Notes: generated by a model from the sequence alone, not told the origin. A stretch of DNA of 64,000 nucleotides from an uncultured Poribacteria bacterium (GCA_958296135.2 CATQHZ020000001.1:1952001-2016000); one strand, 5' to 3'; shown: positions 19,813 through 29,622, numbered from the stretch's first letter. A program made the numbers and translations.

Positions 19813-22800
19813 ATGAAAAAGACACTCATTGCCGTTTTGACACTGCTCTTAACGGCCACACTCTTTATTTTTCTCACGAACACCACCGCCCAAGTGGAAG
19901 AAGTTGTGTCCATCCCAGATGCCAACTTAGCCGCGGCCATCCGCGATGCCCTCGGCAAATTGCCTTCCGGTGCGCCCATCACATCGCATGCGATGCTCAA
20001 TTTAACGAGTCTGTCCGCGCCGGGCAGTGGGATAACGGACCTCACTGGCCTGGAGTATGCAAGGAATCTGACAGGGTTGAACCTTGGCAGTGACTGGGTC
20101 GATGGTGAGTACTCCATCAATCCGATATCCGATTTGCGGGCACTTGCTGCCCTCACACAACTGACATGGCTGTATCTTAACTGGACGGCGGTATCGGATG
20201 TGGCACCTCTCGCAAAACTTACACAACTGACAGAACTGTATCTTCCCGGCACGGCGGTATCGGATGTGGCACCTCTCGCAAAACTTACACAACTGACAGA
20301 ACTGTATCTTGGCTCCACGGCGGTAGCGGATGTGGCACCTCTCGCACACCTCACACAACTGACATACCTGGATCTTGGCTCCACGGCGGTATCGGATGTG
20401 GCACCTCTCGCAAAACTTACACAACTGACATGGCTGTCTCTTGCCTCCACGGCGGTATCGGATGTGGCACCTCTCGCAAAACTTACACAACTGACAACGC
20501 TGTATCTTTCCTCCACGGCGGTATCGGATGTGGCACCTCTCGCAAAACTTACACAACTGACATACCTGGATCTTCGGAACTGCCCGTTGAATGCCGCCGC
20601 ACACCAGACGCATCTCCCCGCCATACAAGCAAACGGAACAGAGGTCGAATTTGATCCGTTTAAGCCGATCCACTTACCGCGGGTGCCAGGGCTCGTGTCC
20701 CTCATCTACTTCCGGCCCAGCGACCGCCCCGTTCGTCCCAACGTGGACGCTGAAATTGATGGCCTCATTAAGGAAGCCCAACGCTTCTTCGCCGACCAGT
20801 TAGAACTCCACGGATTCAAGAGAAAAACCTTCCAGTTTGAAACGGATGCGCACGGCAACGCCGTGGTGCATCACGTCAACGGGAAATTCACAGACGAGTA
20901 TTATCGTCGGGATAATGGTGGCTGGGGTGAAGAAATCAGTGAGCAGGTTCACGATCCAGATGGAAACATTACTGTCTATATGATAGATACCGATGGACCA
21001 CTACCTGGGGCTTGCGGGGTCGGTGGCGGTTCTCCTTATAGCGGTGGCGGTGCATCCATCTACTGTTGGGACTGGACCACCCTTGCGCATGAACTCGGGC
21101 ATGCGTTTGGAATGGGTTATCACGATTTCCGCGACGATGCCTATATCATGAGTTATGGGTATCAGTTTAGGCAAGAATTGTCTCCCTGCTTTGCGGCATG
21201 GTTAGATGTCCACCCCGCCTTCAACCCCGGTCAAATTTTTAGGGACAGTCGCTCGCAAATTCAGATGCTCCCCGCAACCCTCGTGGCTCCACCGAATACC
21301 ATCCGTCTCCGTTTTGCGGTAACCGCTCCGGCCGGATCTCTCCTTCAAGCCCGGTTGCTTACGCCAGAAAGGAGGAGACATCGCGACGGTAGTAAGTTTG
21401 ACACAGGCGGATTAGTCGGTTGTCAGCGACTGCAGGGGAATCCCACCCGCAGCACCGTCGAATTTGTGACTACCGCTTTGACACCTTATACCGAAAATGT
21501 ATATCTTCACGTTATCGGTACGGATGGCAGCGGACATGGGCAAAGGTTTCCCATTGATGTCTCTTCCCTATTGCCGCCTGCCAAACCTGTCTCCCTCCCC
21601 GATTCAAATTTGGCAGCGGCGGTGCGGGAGACACTCGGTTTGTCTTCCGGCGAAGCCATCACGACGCAGGCAATGCTAAGGTTAGATGCGCTTGAAGCCC
21701 CCAATCGCGGGATAAGAGCCCTCACCGGGCTGGAGCACGCAGTCAATTTGAGAGAGTTGAATCTGGGTGGTGAGTACGTTAGCGGCCAGGGGTCTGTCAA
21801 CAGCAATGCGATATCGGATTTTTCGCCGCTTGCAAAATTAGCCAAACTGCAAACTCTGTCTCTTCGCTTTACGCCTGGCTTGGCGGATGTAGCACCACTT
21901 GCAAACCTCACACAACTGACATACCTGTCTCTTGGCTCCACGGCGGTAGCGGATGTAGCACCACTTGCAAACCTCACACAACTGACATACCTGGATCTTG
22001 GCTGGACGGCGGTAGCGGATGTGGCACCCCTCGCAAAACTTACACAACTGACACACCTGAATCTTGGCTCCACGGCGGTATCGGATGTGGCACCCCTCGC
22101 AAAACTTACACAACTGACAACGCTGTGGCTTGGCTCCACGGCTGTATCGGATGTGGCACCTCTCGCAAAACTTACACAACTGACAGAACTGTATCTTGGC
22201 AACACGGCGGTAGCGGATGTGGCACCTCTCGCAAAACTTACACTACTGAAAAGGCTGCAGCTTCAAAACACGGCTGTATCGGATGTGGCACCCCTCGCAA
22301 AACTTACACTACTGACATACCTGAATCTTCAAAACACGGCTGTATCGGATGTGGCACCCCTCGCAAAACTTACACAACTGACATACCTGGATCTTCGGAA
22401 CTGCCCGTTGAATGCCGCCGCACACCAGACGCATCTCCCCGCCATACAAGCAAACGGAACAGAGGTCGACTTCGATCCGTTTGATGTTTCTGCCCTATTG
22501 CCGGCTGCCAAACCTGTCTCCCTCCCCGATTCAAATTTGGCAGCGGCGGTGCGGGAGGCACTCAGTTTGTCTTCCGGCGAAGCCATCACGACGCATGCAA
22601 TGCTAAGGTTAGATGTGCTTGAAGCCCCCAATGCCGAGATAAAAAATCTCACTGGGCTGGAGCATGCAGTCAATTTGACAGAGTTGGATCTGCGCGGCGA
22701 GTACGTCAGCGGTGAGGGGTGGGTCAACAGCAATGCGGTATCGGATTGGTCTCCGCTTGCAAAATTAGCCAAACTGACAACGCTGGCAATTCCCTATACA

Positions 22801-25800
22801 CCTGGCCTGGTGGATGTGGCACCCCTCGCAAAACTTACACTACTGACACACCTGAATCTTCGCGGCACGGCGGTATCGGATGTGGCACCTCTCGCAAAAC
22901 TTACACTACTGACATGGCTGTCTCTTGGCAGCACGGCGGTATCGGATGTGGCACCTCTCGCAAAACTTACACTACTGACAACGCTGAGGCTTGACGGCAC
23001 GGCGGTATCGGATGTGACCCCCCTGGCAAACCTTACACAACTGACACAACTGTATCTTTTCGACATGGCTGTATCGGATGTGGCACCTCTCGCAAAACTT
23101 ACACTACTGACAGAACTGTATCTTGGCAGCACGGCTGTAGCGGATGTGGCACCTCTCGCAAAACTTACACTACTGAAAAGGCTGCAGCTTCAAAACACGG
23201 CGGTATCGGATGTGGCACCTCTCGCAAAACTTACACTACTGACATACCTGAATCTTCAAAACACGGCTGTATCGGATGTGGCACCTCTCGCAAAACTTAC
23301 ACTACTGAGAGAGCTGGATCTTCGGAACTGCCCGTTGAATGCCGCCGCACACCAGACGCATCTCCCCGCCATACAAGCAAACGGAACAGAGGTCGACTTC
23401 GATCCGTTTGATGTTTCTGCCCTATTGCCGGCTGCCAAACCTGTCTCCCTCCCCGATTCAAATTTGGCAGCGGCGGTGCGGGAGACACTCAGTTTGTCTT
23501 CCGGCGAAGCCATCACGACGCATGCAATGCTAAGGTTAGATGTGCTTGATGCACGCAATGCCGAGATAAAAGATCTCACCGGGCTAGAGCATGCAGTCAC
23601 TTTGAAAGTGTTAGATCTGGGTAGTGAGTACGTCAGCGGCGAGGGGTGGGTCAACAGCAATGGGATAACCGATTTATCTGTCCTTTCCCATCTCACGCAA
23701 CTGACATCCCTGCGGCTTGGCAGGGAGACCCTCTCGAGTGCAGACGAAATCTCGGCGTTCGTGTCGTCGCTGCCACCTCTCAAACCTGTCTCCCTCCCCG
23801 ATTCAAATTTGGCAGCGGCGGTGCGGGAGACACTCAGTTTGTCTTCCGGCGAAGCCATCACGACGCATGCAATGCTAAGGTTAGATGTGCTTGAAGCCCC
23901 CAATGCCGAGATAAAAAATCTCACTGGGCTGGAGCATGCAGTCAATTTGACAGAGTTGCATCTGGGTGGCAATGGGATAACCGATTTATCTGTCCTTTCC
24001 CATCTCACGCAACTGACATCCCTGCGGCTTGGCAGGGAGACCCTCTCGAGTGCAGACGAAATCTCGGCGTTCGTGTCGTCGCTGCCACCTCTCAAACCTG
24101 TCTCCCTCCCCGATTCAAATTTGGCAGCGGCGGTGCGGGAGGCACTTGGACTCTCATCCGGCGAAGCCCTCACGACGCATGCAATGCTAAGGTTAGATGC
24201 GCTTGAAGCACGCAATGCCGAGATAAAAAATCTCACCGGGCTGGAGCATGCAGTCAATTTGACAGCGTTGAATCTGGGTGGTGAGTACATCAGCGGCGAG
24301 GGGGATGTCAACAGCAATGCGATATCGGATTTTTCGCCGCTTGCAAAATTAGCCAAACTGAAAACGCTGGAGCTTTACTCTACGCCTGGCTTGGTGGATG
24401 TGGCACCCCTGGCAAAACTCACACAACTGACAACGCTGAGGCTTAACCACACGGGGGTATCGGATGTGGCACCACTCGCAAATCTCACACAACTGAAAAC
24501 GCTGGATCTTGGCAGAACGGCGGTAGATGTGGCTTCCCTCGCAAAACTCACACAACTGAAAACGCTGGAGCTCTGGGAAACCGGTGTATTGGATGTGACC
24601 CCCCTGGCAAAACTCACACAACTGAAAACGCTGAATCTTAGCGACTCCGGTGTATCGGATGTGGCACCCCTGGCAAACCTCACGCAACTGACAAGGCTGG
24701 GTCTTGGCTTAACGGCGGTATCGGATGTGGCACCTCTCGCAAAACTTACACTACTGAAAACGCTGGGTCTTGACCACACGGCGGTATCGGATGTGGCACC
24801 ACTCGCAAAACTCACTCAACTGACATACCTGAATCTTTCCTACACGGCGGTATCGGATGTGGCACCCTTGTTAGGGATGAGTCCGGGAGAAGATTCTTGG
24901 CAGGGTCTGTATCTGCCAGGCTGCCCGCTGAGTTATGCCTCCCTCCACACGCATATTCCGGCGATACAGGCGAAGGGGATAGAGGTGGAATTTGACAACG
25001 TCGCGCATCCAGCCCTGCTGAAAATCTCCGGTGATGAACAGGAAGGCGCGGGGGACACGGCGTTGAAAAACCCGTTTGTCGTGGAGGCGATGGATGAACA
25101 CGGCAAGCCGATGGTCGGCAAGACTGTTCAGTTTGAGATTCTTGAAGGCGGCGGGAGACTCAGTGCCACCACGGTGAAAACGGATGCACGCGGTAAAGCA
25201 CGGATAACCCTCACGCTCGGTAGGGCTGCAGGAGTGAACAAAGTCAAGGCGACTGCCGAGGGGATTGAGTCTTGGGCGTTGTTTACAACGGTCGCGACGG
25301 AAGCGGCACCGCAATTGGCAGCGGATGTCAACGGCGATGGCGTGACAGACCTGGCAGATCTGGCCATCGTCGCGCAAGCGATGGGCAAACCTGTGCAAAA
25401 CCCTCGCGCGGATGTGAATGGAGATGGGGTTGTTGATGGTGAAGACTTCGCGTTTGTCGCTGCAGCCCTCGGTGAGGGCGAGGCGGCTGCACCGTCACAG
25501 GCCGTGCTCCCTGCAGGGCTCACGCTTGAAAAAGTGGAGTGGGCCCTGAATCTCTTGCATGCGGAGAACACCGGTTCTCCTGCGTTTCAGCGGGGGATAG
25601 CGAAATTGGAAGGATTTCTTGCGCTCCTGGTTCCGGAGAAGACGCTGCTGCTGGCGAACTACCCCAATCCGTTCAACCCAGAAACGTGGATACCCTATCA
25701 GTTGGCAACCCCTGCCGAGGTGACGGTGACAATTTACGCAGCGAACGGTGCGGTGGTGCGGACGTTAGCCCTCGGACATCAGCGTGCAGGAGACTATGCA

Positions 25801-25929
25801 AGCCGGTCTCGCGCGGCGTATTGGGATGGCAGGAATGAAGTCGGCGAGCGCGTTGCTAGCGGGGTGTATTTCTATACATTGCAGGCGGGGGATTTTGCGG
25901 CAACGCGGAAGATGCTTATCTTGAAATAG
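19813..25929 (+). CDS. secreted internalin-like LRR protein with metzincin-like domain, Ig-like domain, dockerin-like EF-hands and FlgD/T9SS-like C-terminal domain
   Basis: GAGGAG RBS then MKKTLIAVL signal peptide; about 33 22-aa LRRs; IPD-NL caps; AHELGHAFGMGYH; DVNGDG x2; NYPNPFNPETWIPY...WDGRN...SGVYFY...TRKMLILK. Confidence 0.9.
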   Translation: MKKTLIAVLTLLLTATLFIFLTNTTAQVEEVVSIPDANLAAAIRDALGKLPSGAPITSHAMLNLTSLSAPGSGITDLTGLEYARNLTGLNLGSDWVDGEYSINPISDLRALAALTQLTWLYLNWTAVSDVAPLAKLTQLTELYLPGTAVSDVAPLAKLTQLTELYLGSTAVADVAPLAHLTQLTYLDLGSTAVSDVAPLAKLTQLTWLSLASTAVSDVAPLAKLTQLTTLYLSSTAVSDVAPLAKLTQLTYLDLRNCPLNAAAHQTHLPAIQANGTEVEFDPFKPIHLPRVPGLVSLIYFRPSDRPVRPNVDAEIDGLIKEAQRFFADQLELHGFKRKTFQFETDAHGNAVVHHVNGKFTDEYYRRDNGGWGEEISEQVHDPDGNITVYMIDTDGPLPGACGVGGGSPYSGGGASIYCWDWTTLAHELGHAFGMGYHDFRDDAYIMSYGYQFRQELSPCFAAWLDVHPAFNPGQIFRDSRSQIQMLPATLVAPPNTIRLRFAVTAPAGSLLQARLLTPERRRHRDGSKFDTGGLVGCQRLQGNPTRSTVEFVTTALTPYTENVYLHVIGTDGSGHGQRFPIDVSSLLPPAKPVSLPDSNLAAAVRETLGLSSGEAITTQAMLRLDALEAPNRGIRALTGLEHAVNLRELNLGGEYVSGQGSVNSNAISDFSPLAKLAKLQTLSLRFTPGLADVAPLANLTQLTYLSLGSTAVADVAPLANLTQLTYLDLGWTAVADVAPLAKLTQLTHLNLGSTAVSDVAPLAKLTQLTTLWLGSTAVSDVAPLAKLTQLTELYLGNTAVADVAPLAKLTLLKRLQLQNTAVSDVAPLAKLTLLTYLNLQNTAVSDVAPLAKLTQLTYLDLRNCPLNAAAHQTHLPAIQANGTEVDFDPFDVSALLPAAKPVSLPDSNLAAAVREALSLSSGEAITTHAMLRLDVLEAPNAEIKNLTGLEHAVNLTELDLRGEYVSGEGWVNSNAVSDWSPLAKLAKLTTLAIPYTPGLVDVAPLAKLTLLTHLNLRGTAVSDVAPLAKLTLLTWLSLGSTAVSDVAPLAKLTLLTTLRLDGTAVSDVTPLANLTQLTQLYLFDMAVSDVAPLAKLTLLTELYLGSTAVADVAPLAKLTLLKRLQLQNTAVSDVAPLAKLTLLTYLNLQNTAVSDVAPLAKLTLLRELDLRNCPLNAAAHQTHLPAIQANGTEVDFDPFDVSALLPAAKPVSLPDSNLAAAVRETLSLSSGEAITTHAMLRLDVLDARNAEIKDLTGLEHAVTLKVLDLGSEYVSGEGWVNSNGITDLSVLSHLTQLTSLRLGRETLSSADEISAFVSSLPPLKPVSLPDSNLAAAVRETLSLSSGEAITTHAMLRLDVLEAPNAEIKNLTGLEHAVNLTELHLGGNGITDLSVLSHLTQLTSLRLGRETLSSADEISAFVSSLPPLKPVSLPDSNLAAAVREALGLSSGEALTTHAMLRLDALEARNAEIKNLTGLEHAVNLTALNLGGEYISGEGDVNSNAISDFSPLAKLAKLKTLELYSTPGLVDVAPLAKLTQLTTLRLNHTGVSDVAPLANLTQLKTLDLGRTAVDVASLAKLTQLKTLELWETGVLDVTPLAKLTQLKTLNLSDSGVSDVAPLANLTQLTRLGLGLTAVSDVAPLAKLTLLKTLGLDHTAVSDVAPLAKLTQLTYLNLSYTAVSDVAPLLGMSPGEDSWQGLYLPGCPLSYASLHTHIPAIQAKGIEVEFDNVAHPALLKISGDEQEGAGDTALKNPFVVEAMDEHGKPMVGKTVQFEILEGGGRLSATTVKTDARGKARITLTLGRAAGVNKVKATAEGIESWALFTTVATEAAPQLAADVNGDGVTDLADLAIVAQAMGKPVQNPRADVNGDGVVDGEDFAFVAAALGEGEAAAPSQAVLPAGLTLEKVEWALNLLHAENTGSPAFQRGIAKLEGFLALLVPEKTLLLANYPNPFNPETWIPYQLATPAEVTVTIYAANGAVVRTLALGHQRAGDYASRSRAAYWDGRNEVGERVASGVYFYTLQAGDFAATRKMLILK
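20155..24860 (+). repeat. four blocks of coding 66-bp tandem repeats (LRR units) plus 927-bp and 312-bp segmental duplications
   Basis: Unit acggcggtatcggatgtggcacctctcgcaaaacttacacaactgaca-NNN-ctg-NNN-ctt-NNNNNN; blocks at about 20155-20580, 21845-22400, 22772-23327, 24355-24860. Confidence 0.95.
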
Positions 25930-25966
25930 CGCGATTGGGAAGCGTGCCTACCGTCCCGCTTCCCCT

Positions 25967-26196
25967 TGTAGGCGAGCCCTCGGGTCTCGATCTCCCCGGC
26001 CCCTTGTAGGAGAGACCTCCTGGTCTCGATTTCCCCGGTAGGCGGGTCTCGATTTCCCCGGTAGGCGAGCCCTCCCGGCCTCAAATGCGTCGGATATCGG
26101 GACAAGGATGTCCCTCCTACAGGTCTCGATGCATTGGCTATCGGGACAAGGATGTCCCTCCTACGGTGGCTATCGGGACAAGGATGTCCCTCCTAC
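25967..26196. repeat. intergenic cluster of GTAG REP-like palindromes (families B and C)
   Basis: gtaggcgagccctc..gtctcgat and gtaggagagacctcctggtctcgat; three copies of atcgggacaaggatgtccctcctac at 26096, 26140, 26172. Confidence 0.85.
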
Positions 26197-26254
26197 GGAA
26201 GGATGGAAAGGGTGGCTATAGAAATCCGCCCTGACACAAAAGGGAATCTCAATC

Positions 26255-27685
26255 ATGAAAAACGTTCTTGTCATTGACGACGATGAGAAAATCTGTTGGG
26301 CATTTGAGCAATTCCTTGAAGAGGAAGGCTACGCCCCTAGCATCTCCAACAATGCCGAAGAAGGCTTGCGCCGCATCGCCTCCGACAAACCGGACGTAGT
26401 CCTGCTTGACGTGAAGCTGCCGGGGATGAGCGGCTTGGAGGCACTGGCGCAAATCAAAGCGCGCCACCCGTGGGCAATCGTGATTATCATCACGGCGTAT
26501 GACGATGTGGAGACGACTGTGGAGGCGATGCGCTTACAGGCGTTTGATTTTGTCCCGAAGCCCATCGATCTGGATGTCGTGAAAAGCACTTTGGAGCGCG
26601 CCATCCGAACGCAATCTGTCCGCAGTGCCCTGCCTATTAAACCGACACGCAAACCACCGAAGGGACAACGAGGCCCTCGGCTCGTCGGAAAAAGCGACCA
26701 GATGCGCGAGATTTACAAACTCATCGGCATCATGGCAAGCAACACGATGACAGTGCTCATCGAAGGCGAAACCGGCACCGGGAAGGACCTGGTTGCAAGG
26801 GCGATTCACGCCGGCAGTGAACGGAAAGATATGCCGTTCGTGCCAGTCAACTGCGGTGCCATCCCCGATGACCTGTTGGAGAGCGAGTTGTTCGGCTATG
26901 AGGCAGGCGCGTTCACCGGCGCGAAAGCGGAAGGCAAACCCGGCCGGTTTGAACTCGCAAACGGCGGCACGCTCTTCCTCGATGAAGTCGCGAACATGAC
27001 ACCGGCGTTGCAGGTGAAACTCCTGCGCGCGCTGCAGACGCAAGAAATAGAGAGACTCGGTAGCACCCGCATCCTTAAAGTGGACGTGCGCGTCATCGCC
27101 GCCACTAACCAGGAACTCGGACAAATGGTCCAACTGGGAAGGTTCCGCGACGATCTCTATTACCGGTTCAAGCGCATCGCGCTTCACCTTCCGCCGTTGC
27201 GTGAACGGCGCGAGGATGTGCCAATGCTTATCACGCATTTTCTCCAACTCGCGCAAGACGAACTGAGGAAGCCTATCCGCGGCATTTCTGAAGAGGGAAT
27301 GGCGCTGCTCCGCCGCTACGAATGGCCAGGCAACATTCGGGAACTAGAGAATTGCATCAGGAGCGCGGCAACGCTCGCCCGCGCAGATGTCATCATGCCC
27401 GACGATCTGCCGATAGAAGTGCAGACCGGCAGCAGGCCAACCGCCAATGCATCGCCGCTGGCAGATTCCCTTAAAACTACCTTACACCGCATGATTCAGG
27501 AAGCCATCGCCGACGAAAAAAAGGAACTTTATGAGGAAGTCGTCGCGATGGTGGACAAGGTGCTTATCGGGCTTGTGTTAGATGAATTCTCGGGCAATCA
27601 TAGCAAAACGGCGGAGCTGCTCGGCATGAGCCGAACGACGCTGCTAAAGAAAATCAGACAGCATATTGAAGAACAGCCCCTTTAA
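26255..27685 (+). CDS. sigma-54-dependent response regulator (NtrC/AtoC family)
   Basis: Receiver domain (DDD, LLDVKLP), GETGTGKD, GAFTGA, LFLDE, WPGNIRELEN, C-terminal Fis HTH. Confidence 0.95.
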   Translation: MKNVLVIDDDEKICWAFEQFLEEEGYAPSISNNAEEGLRRIASDKPDVVLLDVKLPGMSGLEALAQIKARHPWAIVIIITAYDDVETTVEAMRLQAFDFVPKPIDLDVVKSTLERAIRTQSVRSALPIKPTRKPPKGQRGPRLVGKSDQMREIYKLIGIMASNTMTVLIEGETGTGKDLVARAIHAGSERKDMPFVPVNCGAIPDDLLESELFGYEAGAFTGAKAEGKPGRFELANGGTLFLDEVANMTPALQVKLLRALQTQEIERLGSTRILKVDVRVIAATNQELGQMVQLGRFRDDLYYRFKRIALHLPPLRERREDVPMLITHFLQLAQDELRKPIRGISEEGMALLRRYEWPGNIRELENCIRSAATLARADVIMPDDLPIEVQTGSRPTANASPLADSLKTTLHRMIQEAIADEKKELYEEVVAMVDKVLIGLVLDEFSGNHSKTAELLGMSRTTLLKKIRQHIEEQPL

Positions 27686-27750
27686 CCGTAGAGCGAGGGC
27701 CGTCACACCGTTTGGAGAAGCCTTACTCTATATTCACCGTAGGGCGAGGG

Positions 27751-27806
27751 CCGTTACGCCGAAACTTTGTCATCTCTGCAGCCTCACTGCAGAGATGTCC
27801 ACTGTC
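27751..27806 (+). repeat. dispersed hairpin element, second copy at 31153-31208
   Basis: ccgttacgccgaaac..catctctgcagcctcactgcagagatgtccac vs ccgttacgccgaaac..catctctgccgcctcgctgcagagatgtccac. Confidence 0.7.
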
Positions 27807-27895
27807 CCTCGCTAGGTTGAAACTTCGCGGAGGACAGGCCCCCGCGCTACGGCAGCGAGAAGGAAATCAGCCGCCACGCTGCTTGGAGAAATATC

Positions 27896-28678
27896 ATGAA
27901 CCCATGGATCCGGATTGCACATCGTGGCGCATCGGGCACCGCACCGGAAAATACCCTCGCCGCCTTCAACAAAGCACTCGAAATCGGTGTGGATGCCGTT
28001 GAGTTTGACTTGCACGGAACCGCCGATGGGGAGATAGTCGTAATCCACGATGCCTCGTTGGACAGAACCACCAGCCTCAGTGGGCTCGTCAGTAAAAAGA
28101 AATTAGAAACGATTAAGTTCGCGGATGCAGGCGCATGGTTTCATCCTGATTTTAAAGGCGAGTGGGTCCCGCGGGCTGACGCTGCTGGCAGAGAGATTTT
28201 CTGGTTTCCTCCCGATGCAAAAGGGGAGCGCGTGCCGACACTTGAGGAAGCACTCGCATGCATCACGCCCAAGGCAACCGCGGTCGCCGAAATCAAAGAC
28301 CCGAGAATTAGCGAGCCTGTCATCTCAAAAATCCGAGAGGCAAACGCGCTAGACAAGGTAGTCATCATCTCTTTTCACACATCGGTGTTACAGGAGGTGC
28401 GCGCGCTGGAACCGCGCATCCCGACCGGGTGGCTCATCGGGGGACACACTAGCAGGGCATCGCCCGTCGACTTGTGCCAACAACTAAGTGAGTGCGGGTA
28501 CAATTTCCTGAACGTGAACCACCTGCTGATAACCGCTGAGTTCGCTTATGAAGTCCGGCGGCGCGGCACCGCGCTGTGGTGCTGGACTGTTGATGACATC
28601 GTCCGCATGCGCCAGATGAAGGCACTCGGTGTGCAGGGGATTACGTCAAATCATCCAGAGCGGTTCGCGAAGGTTTAA
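27896..28678 (+). CDS. glycerophosphodiester phosphodiesterase
   Basis: IAHRGASG-APENTL, EFDL, VIHD, WTVD, GITSN. Confidence 0.95.
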   Translation: MNPWIRIAHRGASGTAPENTLAAFNKALEIGVDAVEFDLHGTADGEIVVIHDASLDRTTSLSGLVSKKKLETIKFADAGAWFHPDFKGEWVPRADAAGREIFWFPPDAKGERVPTLEEALACITPKATAVAEIKDPRISEPVISKIREANALDKVVIISFHTSVLQEVRALEPRIPTGWLIGGHTSRASPVDLCQQLSECGYNFLNVNHLLITAEFAYEVRRRGTALWCWTVDDIVRMRQMKALGVQGITSNHPERFAKV

Positions 28679-28689
28679 CCTTTGTGCTG

Positions 28690-28716
28690 GTAGGCGCGGT
28701 TTGAAAGCGCGCCTAC
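28690..28716. repeat. GTAG REP-like palindrome family A (related copies at about 33663, 34585, 35432, 36542, 37157, 43084, 46303, 60991)
   Basis: gtaggcgcggtttgaaagcgcgcctac, imperfect palindrome with GTAG foot. Confidence 0.85.
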
Positions 28717-28734
28717 GGCGTTGGTTCTTCGGAA

Positions 28735-29622
28735 TTAATGCCGATACGATTCCCCAATCAGATTATTCGCAGCGCGGACTGGCCGGAAAAGCGTCTGCCG
28801 TTTCGCCGGCATCTCCGCGAATAACTTCGGATGCGGATCCCAGTCGTGCCACTTGCTATTCACCGTGTTATAACAGCTAAAAATAGCGAGCCGCTCGTTA
28901 TCCGCATTTGTCCATTGATGCGTGCTATGCGTCAACGCCTCCGTGAAAAAGAGCAACGAACCCGCCGGACACTCATACGTATCCCAAATCGGCGAGTCGG
29001 GTGTCTGAAGTGAATCAGGTGCAGTGTAGACTGCTTTATGACTTCCGGTGACGAACAGCGTCCCGCCTTGCCGATATTTGACTGGGTTGAGCTCCCACAC
29101 CACGCGAGTTAACCCGCTGTATGCCTTGCCGGGGATACACCGATAGAGGTGCGAATCGCCGGGAAAGCGCAACATACCGTTGCCGTTGTGCGGGCCGAAA
29201 TGTCCATCGCCTACCTTGCGGTAGAACATGTGGCACGATTCCATCCGGAACCCATAGCACTCTTGGCTGGATAACGCCGGGTGCGCGAGGAACTCGTTCA
29301 GAAACCCGACAACATGCGGATGGTCGGACAGCTTCTGCATCGGACCGCCGAGAGGGGAACGTTCGTGTTCCGGGATGGACTCCGGTTCATGATGGAGGCG
29401 GTAACCGAACTCCTGCATTTCCGCGAGTTCGTCGCCTGACAGAACGCCCGGCACCAGAAGCCACCCGCGCATGTCAAAGAGGTATTTCTGCTCCTGCGTC
29501 GGCGAGACAACCGGTGTACCATCGGAAGTTGTCACTGTCAACTCGGCATTCTCTATGTCAAGTGCCGAACCTAAATTTTTATCAACAATAAAAGGTTGGG
29601 TGTGCTGCAACTCTATTGCCAT
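28735..29622 (-). CDS. PhyH-family Fe(II)/2-oxoglutarate dioxygenase
   Basis: KYLFDMRGWLLVPGVLS, GGTLFVTGSHK, AGSLLFFTEALTH. Confidence 0.85.
   Translation of the reverse strand: MAIELQHTQPFIVDKNLGSALDIENAELTVTTSDGTPVVSPTQEQKYLFDMRGWLLVPGVLSGDELAEMQEFGYRLHHEPESIPEHERSPLGGPMQKLSDHPHVVGFLNEFLAHPALSSQECYGFRMESCHMFYRKVGDGHFGPHNGNGMLRFPGDSHLYRCIPGKAYSGLTRVVWELNPVKYRQGGTLFVTGSHKAVYTAPDSLQTPDSPIWDTYECPAGSLLFFTEALTHSTHQWTNADNERLAIFSCYNTVNSKWHDWDPHPKLFAEMPAKRQTLFRPVRAANNLIGESYRH

Noticed and set aside
19728-24815. Long antisense ORFs over the LRR gene (e.g. 325 and 366 aa)
   Set aside because: Shadow frames produced by the stop-free repeat unit.
20155-24860. 66-bp periodic repeat as CRISPR array or DGR target
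   Set aside because: It is in-frame coding LRR sequence. Variation is not adenine-restricted, and no reverse transcriptase or template repeat is visible in the window.
26096-26196. Three identical 25-bp repeats resembling a mini-CRISPR
   Set aside because: Spacers are 19 and 7 bp, there are no cas genes, and the repeat is a GTAG palindrome also found dispersed at 5372-5430.
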